The notes under the pieces were generated by a model, which saw only the letters and a program-made list of their open reading frames with translations, did not search any database and had not been told where the DNA came from. From NCBI GenBank assembly GCA_009914755.4, contig CP068257.2, positions 24,416,001-24,480,000 on the forward strand: a stretch of 64,000 nucleotides of DNA, written 5' to 3'. Both the position numbers and the translations under genes were made by a program. Positions 1 to 15,900 of this stretch are shown piece after piece. How positions within the stretch are numbered: the stretch's first letter is position 1; the number at the start of each line of letters is the position of its first letter. Source of the DNA: the human T2T-CHM13v2.0 reference genome, Homo sapiens.

Positions 1-774
1 TATTATAATCTACAATGTGGTCAATTTGACAATAAAACTAGACTTAAATTAGCTAGCAAGCCATATAGAACAGCTGGGAATGCAGTCAGCGGCAGAGAAT
101 AGACCACATGTCAAACCGTGGCTTAAACACACGGTAGGATTATGTATCTCACCTAAGAAGTGACACTGAAGCTAGGGCCACTGCAGATATTCCATGATGC
201 CATCAGGGACCAGCGTATTCCTATCTTTCTGTACTGCCATCCTGAGCACGTTGGTTTTATCCTCGTGTTTTATGGTCACAGAAATTCAAGACTCTGTGTC
301 CAAGTTCCAGACAGAAGGCAGGAGAAACAAGACAAAGGTGAAAGGTTTTCTGTTGTTGTTTTTTCCTCTAATAAAGCTTTGCTGTTACTTGGGAGGGACA
401 TACTCCTCAGCAAATTCCACTGAGGCCATATGTGCCATTACTGTGATCTGGTCACATGCACCTGCAAGGGAATCTGTGAAAGTATTTTCAGCAGAGCACA
501 TTGTCACCCTGAACAAAAAAAATCTGGAATTCTTTTAGAAAGGAAAAAATGGGAATGAATATCAAACAGGCGAGTAGCAGAGGCTCCCACACTATGGAAT
601 TTAAAGTATATTTTTCGATTTCTTTATGTTGTCTTTTCAAAAGACAGACAGAATTCCAGGAAGCAAACAGAATTCAGAGTAAAAAGTACTGCAACTAAAA
701 CCACAGTAACTTCCCAATCCATGACATTGGGAAGAATGAGAAGGGAAAGATGTATCAAAACTGACTCTGCTGCC

Positions 775-900
775 AGGATGGCGGCACCTGGGGGTGTCAT
801 CCCAGCTACTTGGGAGGCTGTGGTGGGAGGATCACTTGAGCCCAGGAATTTGAGGCCAGCCTGCATAACTTAGAGAGACCCTACCTCTAAAAATAAATGT
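775..900 (+). mobile_element. Partial Alu-derived element (right-monomer/FRAM-like), old.
   Basis: gtcatcccagctacttgggaggctgtggtgggaggatcacttgagcccaggaatttgaggccagcctg...agagaccctacctctaaaaataaa is similar to the Alu right arm. Confidence 0.6.
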
Positions 901-917
901 TTAAAATAAAGACATTA

Positions 918-1341
<424 letters not shown>

Positions 1342-1726
1342 TCAGATTAAAAGACAATATTTCTATGAACTGCTGGGGACTAAAATGATGTTGGCCAGAA
1401 TCATGGGAATGAAAGGCCAAAAATGCCTGAGGTCTTTGGACTTCTGCCCGAGGTGTGCCCTCTCTTCCTCATCTCTCAAGAGGTAAAGATGATTCAAGAA
1501 AGTGGGGGAAATGTTCTGGCAATGTAATTACTGTAAAATGCCAAAGCCTCGGTTTCCTTGTGCTATGGGCCCAGATCTGCCTTGTGAAGATAAAACACCA
1601 GTATTGTTAGTAACTCTGAACTGTGTGCCTGCCACCACCCTCAATACTTCACGTGCGTCTTCTCTCACCGTCCTCAGAACCACACCAAAGCAGCTACAAT
1701 GATTTCACTTTATAAGAGAAGGCAAG

Positions 1727-2076
<350 letters not shown>

Positions 2077-3956
2077 TCACATAGAGAGTAAATGGCAGAA
2101 CTGGGAGAATTAAATGAATTAATATCCCTAAAGTACTCAACTAGTGCCCAGAACAAAGTTGCTCAATAAATTATATTAATAGTATCCTTCTCCCCAGTAT
2201 CTATCTCATCAACCACAGTAGTTTCTCATAATAATAATCATAGTAATCAAAACAGCAACAGCTACTCTTCATCATTCACTAATCACCTATTTCGCACCTA
2301 CTGAAGACACTGGGGTTTTATATGTTCATTGCACCATCACCACCTACTTGTAGCCCCACAGAGATGACATGGTACTGTTTTACATGTGAGTACTGCTTAT
2401 GATGGGGTGAATACATGACAGCAATCAACACAGCGGGGTGGAGTCCCTACGACTGGAGAAGCAGAGAATCTGAGTGATCAACTCTTTCAACTCTTGCACC
2501 GAGTGCTGGTCCTGGCTGGGAGGGGGTGTTTCCTAAATCCCCTCTTGCAGCCACTGTCCTTTATCCACTAACTCTTCACTGCATACTTACAATTATGTCT
2601 CAGTGCTAAGAATACAGCAGTGAACAAAACAGATAAAACGATATATGATCCTAGCGGGGAAGCGATAAAAAATACAGATAAAAATACAGTGTCTGTTGGA
2701 TGGTAATAAATGTTACATAGATAAAGCAGAGAAAGGGGTGGTTTGTTTGTTTTTTCTGAGGGGTGAAATTTTAAATAGGGTGGTCAGGGAATGCCTACTT
2801 GAAAATATGACATTTCAGTGAAGACTTGAGGAAGTGAGGGAACAAAGTATTCAGAATCAAAGGGAAGAATATTCTAGCCAGAGGAAGCAACAAGTATTAC
2901 ACAAAGTCTTGAGGCAGATGCATGCCTGGTGAACTCACAGAAGAACAAGGAGATCAGTGCTGTCGTGGAGGAATGATGTGGAAGAGATCAGTGGGCAAGC
3001 GAGTGAGTGACAGCCAGGACAGGACAGGGACAGCTGACTGCACGGGGCCTTAAACATTGTCCAACTCTGGCCAGTACTCAGAGTAATGCTGGAAGGCTCT
3101 GGGGTGGTTTTCTAAGCTAATTATTCTTGCCCTAGGGGGTCAAGACTAGAAGTGAGAAGACCAGGAAGGGGGCTCTGGCATTAATCCAGGTGGGAGATGA
3201 CAATGACTTGGACCAGGATGAGAGCAGTAGAGGTGGTGCGTGTTCTCAGATTCTGGATGTCGTCTGAAGGTCAGATCTAAATAATCAAATAGAAAGGAGT
3301 CAAGAATCTAGCTTGTTTCTATTCCAACAGCTAGAAGATGCTTTATACTGAAGATGATGGAAAAGTCTGGACAAGACTTTCCTAATTTTTCTGTGTAGAT
3401 GTGTAGACAGGTAGAACTTTTGAGAATTATGTACTTACTAACTTGTATACACTAGATATGTGTATATGAAAATGACAGCTACAGATAAATGTTTTCTTAA
3501 GTGATTTTTTATTTTACCATTTCAGACTCTTACTCCACAAATTTTTTTGTCTTGAATGTGCTCATTATATGCTATCTTTTGTAACTTTCACATTAACAAA
3601 TAGGCTGGGAAAATTTTCCTGGGAGGCATCTGTACTCAAGAGACGGGACGATTACTTCACAGAAACAGCCAAACATTTCTCAACAAACTTTCCATGTGAT
3701 AAAACTGTTATGGTTTTAGCTTCAGAGTGTGGGCAGTTACTGGGTTCTCAAAGAGGACATGAGGGTGAATTACACATCCTTTTAAAAAGTGGCTGTTGCC
3801 GTCACCAGCATTTCACTGTAACTATTACCGGATAATAGTGAGAACTGACAGATGGGATTCTTCAGATGAGAACTATTTGCCAGATGGTAGGAACTAAATG
3901 GATCAAGATAAGCAAAAAGGCAAAAGAAGTGAAAACTAAAAGTTTTACCTAAATCA

Positions 3957-4412
<456 letters not shown>

Positions 4413-4495
4413 TTAAAATAATAAAAATAGTGCAAAGGATTTACTTTAAAAAAGAGAAAAGAAAAAAAAAACCACGGGAACAAAATAAGTATTTA

Positions 4496-4857
<362 letters not shown>

Positions 4858-4861
4858 TTAA

Positions 4862-5237
<376 letters not shown>

Positions 5238-6907
5238 TAGATGGTGGATGGAGTGAGAATTTATACATAACCAAGGAGGAGAGATATAGTGTCCATGTGG
5301 TAATACGTTAGAGTAGGAAACATCCGGATGAACTTGTATTTAGCTTAATATAGACTAGATATTATAGCTTAATATAAATACAACTAGTTAGCTATAGAAA
5401 TATTTATAGATCTGCATAACATAAGGGTGAACATGGACAAATACATTGCCTTGCTCTATCAACTGAGAAGTCTTAAAAGCAAAGAAACTCCAGTGGCAAC
5501 GAGCATCCTTAACATCCAGATTTTAATACTATTCTCCAATAACATTACTCTCCAATAAAAGGAACAAGGGCTCCTTGGAGGAACAGCTGATTCTAGGATT
5601 AGGGCTGAAAATATGCAAGATGAGACTGCAGCATCTTGTAAGAAAAAAAAAAAAGAGGCTATGTCAAATGAGCATAGGAACCAAGTGAAAGGGCTTCTAA
5701 TAGCTAAAGCCGGAATAATTTGAGCAATAAAAATTATGAAGTAGTGCTGGATTAGAAATCAAAGTACAATGTAAATATCCATGAGTCTAAATGACTGAAT
5801 GAATGAATACATAAATAGGAAAAAAGAGACAAATCTCCTGCGCAGAAGAATTCCAAATAATTTATGTAGATACTCTGCCCTCAAGAAAATGAAGCATAAT
5901 TCTCTGCTCCTTAATTGTGGGCTGTGCAAACTGACTTCCTTCCAAAGAGTAGAGCACATAAAGTGGGAAGAAGAGTAATTTTCAAGTGGAGAAACTCAAC
6001 AACCACCACCTGAGCCAGGTGATCAAGGTCAATGCCAACAGGGCTGTATCATGTTGATAAACACGTACCCTTGATATGATGTGATGAAATGGGCATTTTA
6101 CCTCTGTGGTCTTCCTTCTTAAAACCAATAACCCCAGGCAAAGCATGAGAAAATTCCCACAGAGGGGAATCCTACAAATTATCTGACCAATACAAAACCT
6201 TTAAGGTTATTAAAAAACTAGAGAAGTATAAAGAAACTGTCATAGCCAAGAGGAAAGGAGGCTATGGAGACCTGACAATTAAATATAATGCGCCTTCCTG
6301 GATGGCATCCTGGAACACAGAAAGGACATTAGACAAAAACTAAGGACATCTGAATAAAGTATAGACTTTAGTTAATAACCATGTATCAAAATTGGTTTAC
6401 TGACTGCAACAAATGTACCATATTAATATAAGATGTTAACAATAGGGAAAACTGGATGCAAAGCCTATGGGAACTCTCTGGACTATCCTCTCAATTTTCC
6501 TGTAAATTTAAAACTGTTGTAAAATATAAAGTCTATTTTAAAAAAATTTAATGGCTTGATATAAAAGTTCACATAATAAGGTGTCATGCCAAACTCCTAC
6601 TGACTGCAATGTGGATGGCACCAGGTTCAAGAGCCAGAAGAGGCCCAGAGCTAGTGAACCGTATGTCTCATAGGGTTTTACTGGGGGCTTGCATACAGGG
6701 TAGAGAGTCCAGTGGTGGTGGGTTGGACAGAGGAACCGCAGCCGCTTGCAAAAGGCATGTGGTCTCTACAGCATTCTCATTTAACACCCTCCCCCTAACA
6801 ATCTCCACCTGGCAACTTCCACTTAACTCATAACAAAGGGTCTCAATCCCCGGCGAGGCCCATGTTCCACAGAAGGAGATGAGGGCTCAGATGTTCCTTA
6901 CAGATAA

Positions 6908-7351
<444 letters not shown>

Positions 7352-7687
7352 TGATCCCTGTCAGGTGCATCTACCATACATAGAGGCATACCTATTTGAT
7401 TCCACATCAACATTCTAGCCTTCAAAAAAAAGTCTATAAAATTATTGTAGTTGAAAAGAACTAGAATTAAAAAGAGCTTACCAACTCAGGCATCTCATCT
7501 GTGGTATCTATTAATAACTAGACAGCGCTTGGTTTGACTTTTTTTTAGAAAAAAATATAAGTAATGTGGCATTTAAATTTTTTAAAAATTCAAGAATTTC
7601 AAAATTATCACATATATACCGAAAATTCTTTGCTTTCCAAATTTAACCTTGTCTTAGGAATGTAAACTAACTGGTCAGAGAATTCAT

Positions 7688-7795
7688 TCCCCTTTACAAA
7701 TGAGGAATCTTGAGCCTGATGAGGTTTGCACAAAGCTAATGACAGAGGTGGGCTCAACTCTGAAAACCGACTCTCATTCCAATGTTCAGGACCCC
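7688..7795 (-). mobile_element. Probable MIR (mammalian-wide interspersed repeat) fragment.
   Basis: cccctttacaaatgaggaatcttgagcctgatgagg...gacagaggtgggctcaactctgaaaacc resembles the reverse complement of the MIR core (ccccattttacagatgaggaaactgaggctcagagagg...agtggcagagccaggattcgaaccc). Confidence 0.45.
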
Positions 7796-8029
7796 AAGAA
7801 ATGTTACAGTAGTCTTACTAATTTTGAATGACAGCTTCCTCATTAACCAACCCAAGATAAGTTATAGGTGCTTTTTTGTTGCCTCTTTTTGACTGCACTA
7901 TTAGTCATATCTTGATTTTATCAATAACAGGACTTCTTGTTACAAGTATTTAATAATTCCAACATTCGTTAAAAGATGGAATTGTAAGAGTAATAGTTGT
8001 TAAAGCTTTCCAGATTAGGGGTTTTCAAA

Positions 8030-8345
8030 CTCAAACCATGCTTCAAAATCACCTGGGATCCTGATCAGTCTGCAGATTCATCTTCTCCCTAGCTCCACAG
8101 CCTAGATCTGATTTACGTGTTCTGGGACGCGCCTGAAAACAGACCTTCCCAGGGTGGCTCTGCTTCAGGTGGCTCATGGATCACACTTTGAGAAATGATA
8201 TTTGGAGCAGGGCTTCTCAAGCTTTACAGTGCCTATGAATCACCTGGGGGCCTTGTTAAAATGCAGGTTTTGATTGGACAAGTCTAGGGTGGGACTGAGT
8301 CTGCTTTTCTAACAAGCTCCCAAGTGATGTGATTCAGCTGTTCCT
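8030..8345. mobile_element. MER5-like (hAT-Charlie, non-autonomous DNA transposon), two adjacent copies or fragments.
   Basis: Motifs ...ggttttcaaactcaaaccatgcttcaaaatcacctggga...cacactttgagaaa and ...cttctcaagctttacagtgcctatgaatcacctgggggccttgttaaaatgcaggttttgattgg...ctgcttttctaacaagctcccaagtgatgtgattcagc match my recollection of the MER5A consensus (cagtggttctcaaagtgtggtcc...catcacctgggaacttgttagaaatgcaaattc...ttttaacaagccctccaggtgattctgatgc). Confidence 0.55.
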
Positions 8346-8575
8346 TCCGGCAGTAAGGGTCTACTTAAGATAACCCATTACAACTAATCTCATTAAGGTT
8401 TTTAAAAATTTTAAGTTACAAGTTATTGCTTTGTAAGACACTCTTTGCTTACCCACTTTTAATTATACAGTTTAGTGTTAAGTAGATTCATATCGTTGTA
8501 CAACCATCACTACCTTCCATCTCCAGAACTGTTTTCATCTTGCTAAACTAAAACCCTGCACACCATTAAACAACT

Positions 8576-8636
8576 CCCCATTCCCCCACCTCCACTCCCC
8601 ATTCCCCCACCTCCACTCCCCATTCCCCCACCTCCA
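8576..8636. repeat. 21-bp tandem repeat x3 (CCCCATTCCCCCACCTCCACT)n minisatellite. C-rich on the + strand, so G-rich on the APP sense strand.
   Basis: Direct read: ccccattcccccacctccact ccccattcccccacctccact ccccattcccccacctccag. It explains the glycine-rich minus ORF at 8543-8806 (GSGGGGMGSGGGGMGS). Confidence 0.95.
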
Positions 8637-10479
8637 GAACCTGGAAACCACCATTCTGTTTTCCATCTTTTTGAATTTGACTCTTCAAATTCAAAAAGGT
8701 ACCGCATATAAGTAGAATCAAGTATCTGTCTTTTGGTGACTAGCTTGCTGTGTCCTTTTAAAAAATAAAAATTTTCATGCTTCTCTTCCATAAACCTGCA
8801 TCTCATCCTATAGATTTGTCACTTTTGGCACCAACTTAAGGACTGAGCGCCTTTTCACACATCCCTAAGAGCCAAGCTGCTCCTGGTTCGCCTTTTGTTT
8901 AATTATAGAAGTTACAAAATAAGGTAGAAAGAGTTCTAGATTTGAAAACAACACAATGACTCAAGCAGATCAAGTGATTTCCAAATATTAAAAGGTGATA
9001 TGATAAATGCCTCCTGGCCAGAGAGGTGCACATAGGGTGAGAGACAAGAATAAAAATTAAAACTTAACATAATTTGATAAGAGATCATCTCTGCTACTGC
9101 TGAGTATTACTAAATACCATTCTATGCAGGTCCATGTAGGATACAAAAGAACCGAGATATAGTTCTGGACCAAAACAGCTTGGAGCAGCTTTGTCTCACA
9201 GAAATATAATAGAGGCCACATATCTAATTTAAAATTTCCTGTAGCCACATTAACATAAAAAGGTAAAAAGAAACAGGTAAAATTAATTTTATTAATATAT
9301 TTTAACCCAGTACATCCTAAATTTCATCATTTCAACATGCAATCAATGTAAATAATTATCATTAAGACATTCTACATTTGTTTTTTTCTCCCAGACTAAC
9401 TTTTTAATATCTGGTGGGTTTTTTATACTCACAGCATAGTTTGGACTAGCCAGGTTTCAAATATTCAATGGCCATGGGTGGCTAGTGGCCACCGTTGGGC
9501 AAGACAGACTTAGCATCAGATTTTAGAGATCAATAATATATTTCAAGGAGTAGTGACTTGAATGTGGACAGGTTGGGGTTATGGGAGAAAATCTAAAGCC
9601 AAAGACACAAACCTAGGCAGAGAAACCATAATAAGCTTGAATACACTGAGACTGCAGTACACCATTTTATGCGCTATGCTATCTTAACGCATACATTTTA
9701 GTCAATGGGAGGCATATCACTAGGATTCTATGTTACCATCATTAACCCTATTGATCAGCAAACTGCTCATCTCCCCCCATTTCTCTTGTTGCAGTTCTCA
9801 TATCATAAATTGTATTTATAGGTGTGTGATTAATTCTAATACAGAAATTAATTTAAGGTTTCCTTTAGACTTGAACCTACTTTAGCTTAGTTCAGTCCTC
9901 TGTATCCCGAGAGATGAGCTGAAAAAGCAGATATAGTAGAGATAATTCTAAATTCCCTACTTTGTTTCTTCAAAATATAGGTATTCTCACTGGTTGCTTT
10001 CTCCTAACACTTTCCTTTCTTTCTGCCTTATTTAAAAAAAAAAAACAAAAAACTCAAAGCCTGATAGATTTTAGAGACGCAATTAATTAAGGTTATATAC
10101 GGGGCTTTTTAAAAACCACATAATTGCCGACAAAATACCAACCAGGTTGGTGTTCCGTGAGGCAAAAGAACCACAAGTCATTACCAAAACCTTAACTCAT
10201 ATGGGAAGGTAAAAATATACAGCATGCTGTTTTCACATACCATACTCAGAAAGCCATGTGCGAGGGAGGCTATAATCAAGACAGGAAGAGGCATTTTCAC
10301 AGATAACTTCTTAACGGGGTTGTAGACTGTCACTCTCACGCCCCTCACTTGTTCTTTCCAACCTATTACCATCTGGCCTTGCTCCAACAATCTGCAACTC
10401 TTCTTTCAAGGTCAAGAACAACAAATGCCATCAGTCTCTTCTCAGCCCTCCAGTTCTCTGACTACTCTGCCACATTCTC

Positions 10480-10783
10480 TTTTTTTTTTTTTTTTTAAAG
10501 AGACGGGGATACCCTCTGTCAACCAGGCTGGAGTGCAGTGCTGTGATCATAGCTCACTGCAGCCTCCTGGGCTCAGACAACCTTCCTGTCTCAGCCTTCC
10601 AAGTAGCCGGGACTACCGGCACATGCCAACATGCCTGGCTAATTTTTTTTTTAATTATTTTTTGTAGAGACAGGGGTCTCGCCACGTTGCCCAAGCTGAT
10701 CTCAAACTCCTGGCCTCAAGCAACTCTCCTAGCTTCAGCCTCCCAATTTGCTGGGATTCTAGGCATGGGCCACTGAACTTGGC
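10480..10783 (-). mobile_element. Full-length Alu (old, AluJ-like), minus orientation.
   Basis: (t)17aaagagacggggataccctctgtcaaccaggctggagtgcagtgctgtgatcatagctcactgcagcc...ctgggattctaggcatgggccactgaacttggcc. Confidence 0.9.
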
Positions 10784-11246
10784 CCACTTTTCTTCTTTAA
10801 ATTCAATCTTCTCCAGTTTCCACCAATCTATCTCAAGCCAATCATTCTTTCCCTCTCATTGGCTCCTCTTTTCATAATTCTGATTATAAAGTAAGGCTCT
10901 GTCTTCTACTCTTCTTGCTTTCTCACTCAGACATATCATCCATGCCTAAGGGTCAACAGCCTCCTCCACTCTTTCAATTCTGACCTTTCACTTAGCATTC
11001 CCAGTCGCTTGCTGCATGCTTCCAATTGCAGGGTATTAATTACTTTTAGCAAATGTACTAGAATCAAGTGCCCAACTGATTATCAAATTCCGGAAGTGTA
11101 CCCAAAGGACAATGACTAATTCCTCATTGGGTCAAAGTCTTTCCTATGTGGAAGCAAGAGAAAGGAACAGAACTAACACTGAACATTGTGAGGAGCCCAA
11201 AACATGACTCCTGCTGAACACATTCTATTTGGTTGTAGAACCCAAC

Positions 11247-11302
11247 CAATATAGGCCCCGTTGATCGATTTCCCCACAACAAGAGGAGGTCATAAAAATC
11301 AT
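11247..11302 (+). repeat. Copy A of an unclassified 56-bp interspersed repeat. Its partner lies at 19269-19324.
   Basis: caatataggccccgttgatcgatttccccacaacaagaggaggtcataaaaatcat. The partner reads caaatataggcctccttgatcgatttctccataacaagaggaggtcataaaaatcat, about 88% identical in the same orientation. Confidence 0.6.
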
Positions 11303-12795
11303 GCTTCCACTTTCTCAATAGATACTTATCGCTCATGAATGTCTGTGAATCAGAAGACCATGGGACTATAACTCTACTCCACTCAAACTCTCCATACTCC
11401 CAAAGCTGGACCTCATGGTCCTCAGATCATGTAATACTCAGACACAGCACTCCAGTAAACCACTTTCTGGCCAGAAACTCATCCTTCCCATAGTTCCTCT
11501 CCCTTCCATCCACTACAGCTTGTTCATCATGATCCTGAGGTCCTGGATGCTGCAGCACTCTCTGCAGTTATCAGGGGAGGCTTCACTGCCTTCAGTTCAT
11601 TTCCCTGCCAGCCTGGTCTAGGACCCTCAGCACACACACTCATCACTGCACATATCACCAACGACCACCCACATGCTTTTGATGCCCAGGCTCATTTGGT
11701 CCAGCCTATTTCTCTCCTAAGTGTGAGACTCAATAAATACACAACCACCCCACTGTGCTCTTCAAGAGCTTATTAACTGCCTCTTTTAGATTCTCCTGGG
11801 TATAGTCCAGACTTAAAATGCCTCACTTTGGGAGACAATGTAATTTAACCATTGGAGGAACAAATGTTGGTCTATATATTTCAGGCATTTTCCAAATAAA
11901 AACCTCCAAGAAAAAGCAAACTTGTATCTTAAAAGATGCAGAACTATTTAGGGCAAAAAGTACACAGAGAATGAGAAAGAAAAAAGATGTCACTGCATTT
12001 AACAAAAGAGTTAACAATATTGTTAACAATAACAAGAGTTAGCCATGAAGTAATTAGGATATAGTACTTGAAACTGGCACCACCTTTTACCAGGCATTAC
12101 AATATTGCTATGAGTTCACAAAGCTCTGTTAGAGCAGAGGAAAAAGAAGGATTTGAATTCTGTCACTGTACTAGCAACACCACCTAGGGATGAGGAAGAC
12201 AATATCTAATAGAATAACAAATAAAGTAAGTATACATGATTCATCAAGCTCTTCAATAAAAATGTATTTTAGAATTTATCAACATCCCTTTTGAATCATG
12301 TTTCAAAAATCACACAATCTGTTCAAACACGGATAGACCCCCAGATAAATCAGAATCTCTCTCTCTGTTACCACGCCTCTGTGGACTTAGAAATCACCAC
12401 TTAGATTTGTAAACAAGGCTTAGTTTCATTATTGTAAATCAATTTGGCAGGACTTATCACTCCACAGAGAGCTGAAATAATTGAATTTCTGGACTTCTAA
12501 GGAAGAAGGTTTAAGTACATTAAGGCTTCCAAAAGGAAGATCACCAACTCTTCTTTAGCAGAAAATGCCCCTGGAGAATTTTGAACCATTTCTTGATCTA
12601 GTGGCAACTGGATGTTATCAGTGGCAACTAAGGTATCTGTCTACACCTGCTGAGGCTCACAAGTAAAAACTAAAAAGTACTGTGAATCTCTGTGATAATG
12701 GAGCGTAAAGCTACCACTTAAGTCTTTATTACTAGTAAGTAACGGATTTTAAGAAAAAAAGAGATACTCAAATCTATCTATAGATAACCAAAAAA

Positions 12796-12912
12796 CCAAA
12801 CAAAACACCCAGAAAAATCTAAGGTTGAAGAACATATATAATTTGAGACTTTTGAAACAAAACACCCAGAAAAATCTAAGGTTGAAGAACATGTATAATT
12901 TGAGACTTCTGA
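12796..12912. repeat. Local tandem duplication, about 57-bp unit x2.
   Basis: aaacaaaacacccagaaaaatctaaggttgaagaacatatataatttgagactttt is followed by gaaacaaaacacccagaaaaatctaaggttgaagaacatgtataatttgagacttct. Confidence 0.9.
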
Positions 12913-15900
12913 TCAGAGCCTTCCTCAATAATGTAAGTTTAAAAACTATTACCAAAGTGACAAGATCCCATGTCAGATAGCAGAATGAGAACAAGGCTAC
13001 TCTTCAACTTAGTCATCCTCTTTTATCACTACAACTTCAATCATAGATGTAAATGGAAATTTCTGCTTCCTTTGCTACTTTTCTGCTTGACTGAATTTTA
13101 TAATGAAAAACGTCTGTTCCTTCCAGGCAGAGCACGAGTGTCATTCAAATTGTACACACCAGGCAAAGAGTGAATGCATTTGTTTAGATGCAAAAATCAT
13201 TTAAATATGTGTCATTATAGGCTGCAGCACATTTGCGGATTCGGCAGTTTAAAATTCTCTTAAGCAATAAAGCAAGGCATCAAATGAAAGTGCACTCAGG
13301 CTTCAAACATCTTCAGACTATGTTTTCCTGTTTGCACACAGCGAGCCCCGCCTTCCTTTCCTGACCCCACTCAAACAGAAAGCAGTGGAACCATGCCCTA
13401 GCCCATCCTATTACCCCAAACGTCTTCCAGGTCAGCAATCCAAAGTCACGTGAAAGCTCCATCTTCAGTTTCCCTCTCCAGGGAGCAAATATTTTGAAGA
13501 GCAAGCATTCCAAGCAAGCAGAAACTCAGCCTTTAAATCAAACTAAGCTTAAAAGTAAGGTCCTGCCGCACACAGAAGGCAACAGAAAAGTGTCTGAAGA
13601 GATAGCTCCCATTTTATATTTAACATTTAGAAATGAGAAAACTGTGTGTGATTAATGCTTATAATTAGAGGGGGTTAACCCTTATTTCAAATAATGTAGT
13701 TCCTGTCTTTCATTTAAAATTATAAAGATGACTAAAATGTACATGAAAGGAAAATTACAGTTAGGATCTGCTGTGTTTTAACCCAGAACTGTGGTTTTTT
13801 GAAGAAAATGCTGGAAAAGATTCTGATTTGGTAAGAATATCTGGATATGAGAATCTTCTAAGAAAGGTGATTTACCATTTTCAGGCCAAAGGCAGAGAGT
13901 TTCTAACAATGATAAAATTAACAGGCTGTAGGATCTTCATTCTCTAAGCTTCAGGTGACCCTTTTAATGACTAAATAAAGTGTGTACTCAAGGTCACCCA
14001 CGAGGAAGAAAAAGGTCAGTTCCCTCTCTTGAGGGACCCCCTCCCCACTCACGCTATTACACAGCAATTCTAGAGATTCACTTCATTTTTGGTTTATGTT
14101 CAAACTGTCTGGATATTTCAGGGCCTTCGCTTTTAAGTTTCCATAATAGGGCAGTTGACTATTTATATAAGTCCCTGGAAAATGTGTATTTTTAACGTCA
14201 TCTAGAGTAGGCCACCTTTGGGGGAAAACAGCTAATGGGTTAAAAAGCCAACTGGTGTACCAAGTATGTACAAAAGACATCTTTTATAACAGTTCTCACG
14301 TGCAAAAGAACATTCATTAAGTATAACAATAAATAACAGGCAATATGTGCATTTTTCCAGACCCTAAGCACTTGATAAAGCCATATTGTCATTTTACACT
14401 CATTTTTAGTAGCTGTTTAATTGGTATTCCTGTATAGGACAGTTTTGTAGGTTTCCGGATTATTTCACATTCTCTTCTTCCTAGTTATAAATTTTGGTAC
14501 AACTGTAAGCTCTCCTCACACTGTAATAATTACATTGCTGAGACCACATCTGTTTTTTTAAAAAAGATATTTTGCAAAAAATATATTTAAGTTGAAGTAT
14601 CTGAAATACTTTTCAACGTCAAACTTTGAGAGGATTATGCTTAATTATATATCTTCACATCTTTAAATTGTTAAAAATGAATGCATAAATATTTCCTAGG
14701 GATTTATGCTTGATTCATTTGATTCTTACATACTAGTTGTTATTTACCGGCAGAGAAAGCAAAAGCAAAAAAAAAGAAAGCAAAAACAACAAAAATAGTT
14801 GATTCTGGTGCTAGTCCAGAATCAGGTTGATTTCTGCATCAATAGCAGGGTTTCTACATTAAATTCATTCAAATTTAATTAGTTCTCTGCATAAAATCAA
14901 GGGTCTAGGAGAATTTAATAAAAGCTGAAAACAATCCTATCCTTTGCCTGAAACAGATTTTTATCCCAAATGGTACTCAGCAATAAGCCAACAGAGAAAA
15001 ATGGAATAACAGACATATGCCATGTTCACGAGTTCTCTGTTTAACCTAAGAAGTCTGAATTTGCCATTTTTTGATAAGGAACTGGTGTACATCTTAGAAG
15101 AAATATTCCATTGAGTCTGAATTCTTGGTGGAGCACCCGCAGAAAGAGAACCAGTAAATAGTATGTATGAGGCCTGGCCTGGACATAATGACTCAGGAAT
15201 CATCAATGCAGGCCTCTGAAAAACCACTGCACTTATGAGATCTCCTAGCAAGTATGTGTTGTGTGAGAAAATGGACAACCCCAGGGTACTCCTATTAAAC
15301 ACTGATATTTAGAATTTCTGAATTCTGATTCTAAATATTTTGCAATATTTGGAATTTCTGAATCCTAAATATTGCAAAAGGTGGCGCGGGGAGGACGGGG
15401 AAGGGAGCCTGAAAGGAAAATGGAGGACAGCAGAAAGAAAATCAGAAGCAGCAGAATGACATCAGTGTGGGGAGAATGCACCCATCAACCGATGCCACTG
15501 AGAGACTGTGGAGGACACAACAGTGCCCAGTGAGTCCGACAACCAGAATGATAGCAAAGAGCTCATTCCCTGGAGCTCAAGGAACAGATGCCTGATAACA
15601 GGTGACTGTGGAGGGAACTGGAGGTTACGAAGATCACACAGGAACTTCTGACTACCATATAAAGAAGCATATCTGTGAAGAGACAGAGCGAGGGTGGAAG
15701 TTAAAGGAATACACAGAGTTGAATGACTGGAGTGAGGGATCAGGGAGCTCTAAAGAAGAGGAAAAATATGAGAAGGCTAAATACTATTGAGATGTGAAAT
15801 TAAATACAGGGTCAGTAGGCCAAGGGTCTTTATGAAGTCAAAGATCAGATACAATGAGAGTAAAGGACCTACTGAAGAAGCTGTGTGCACAGATGCCCAG

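Noticed and set aside
8543-8806. Glycine-rich minus ORF (GSGGGGMGSGGGGMGSGGGGMGS) suggestive of a low-complexity protein.
   Set aside because: It is produced by the 21-bp x3 C-rich minisatellite at 8576-8636. It has no start or splice context and lies in an APP intron.
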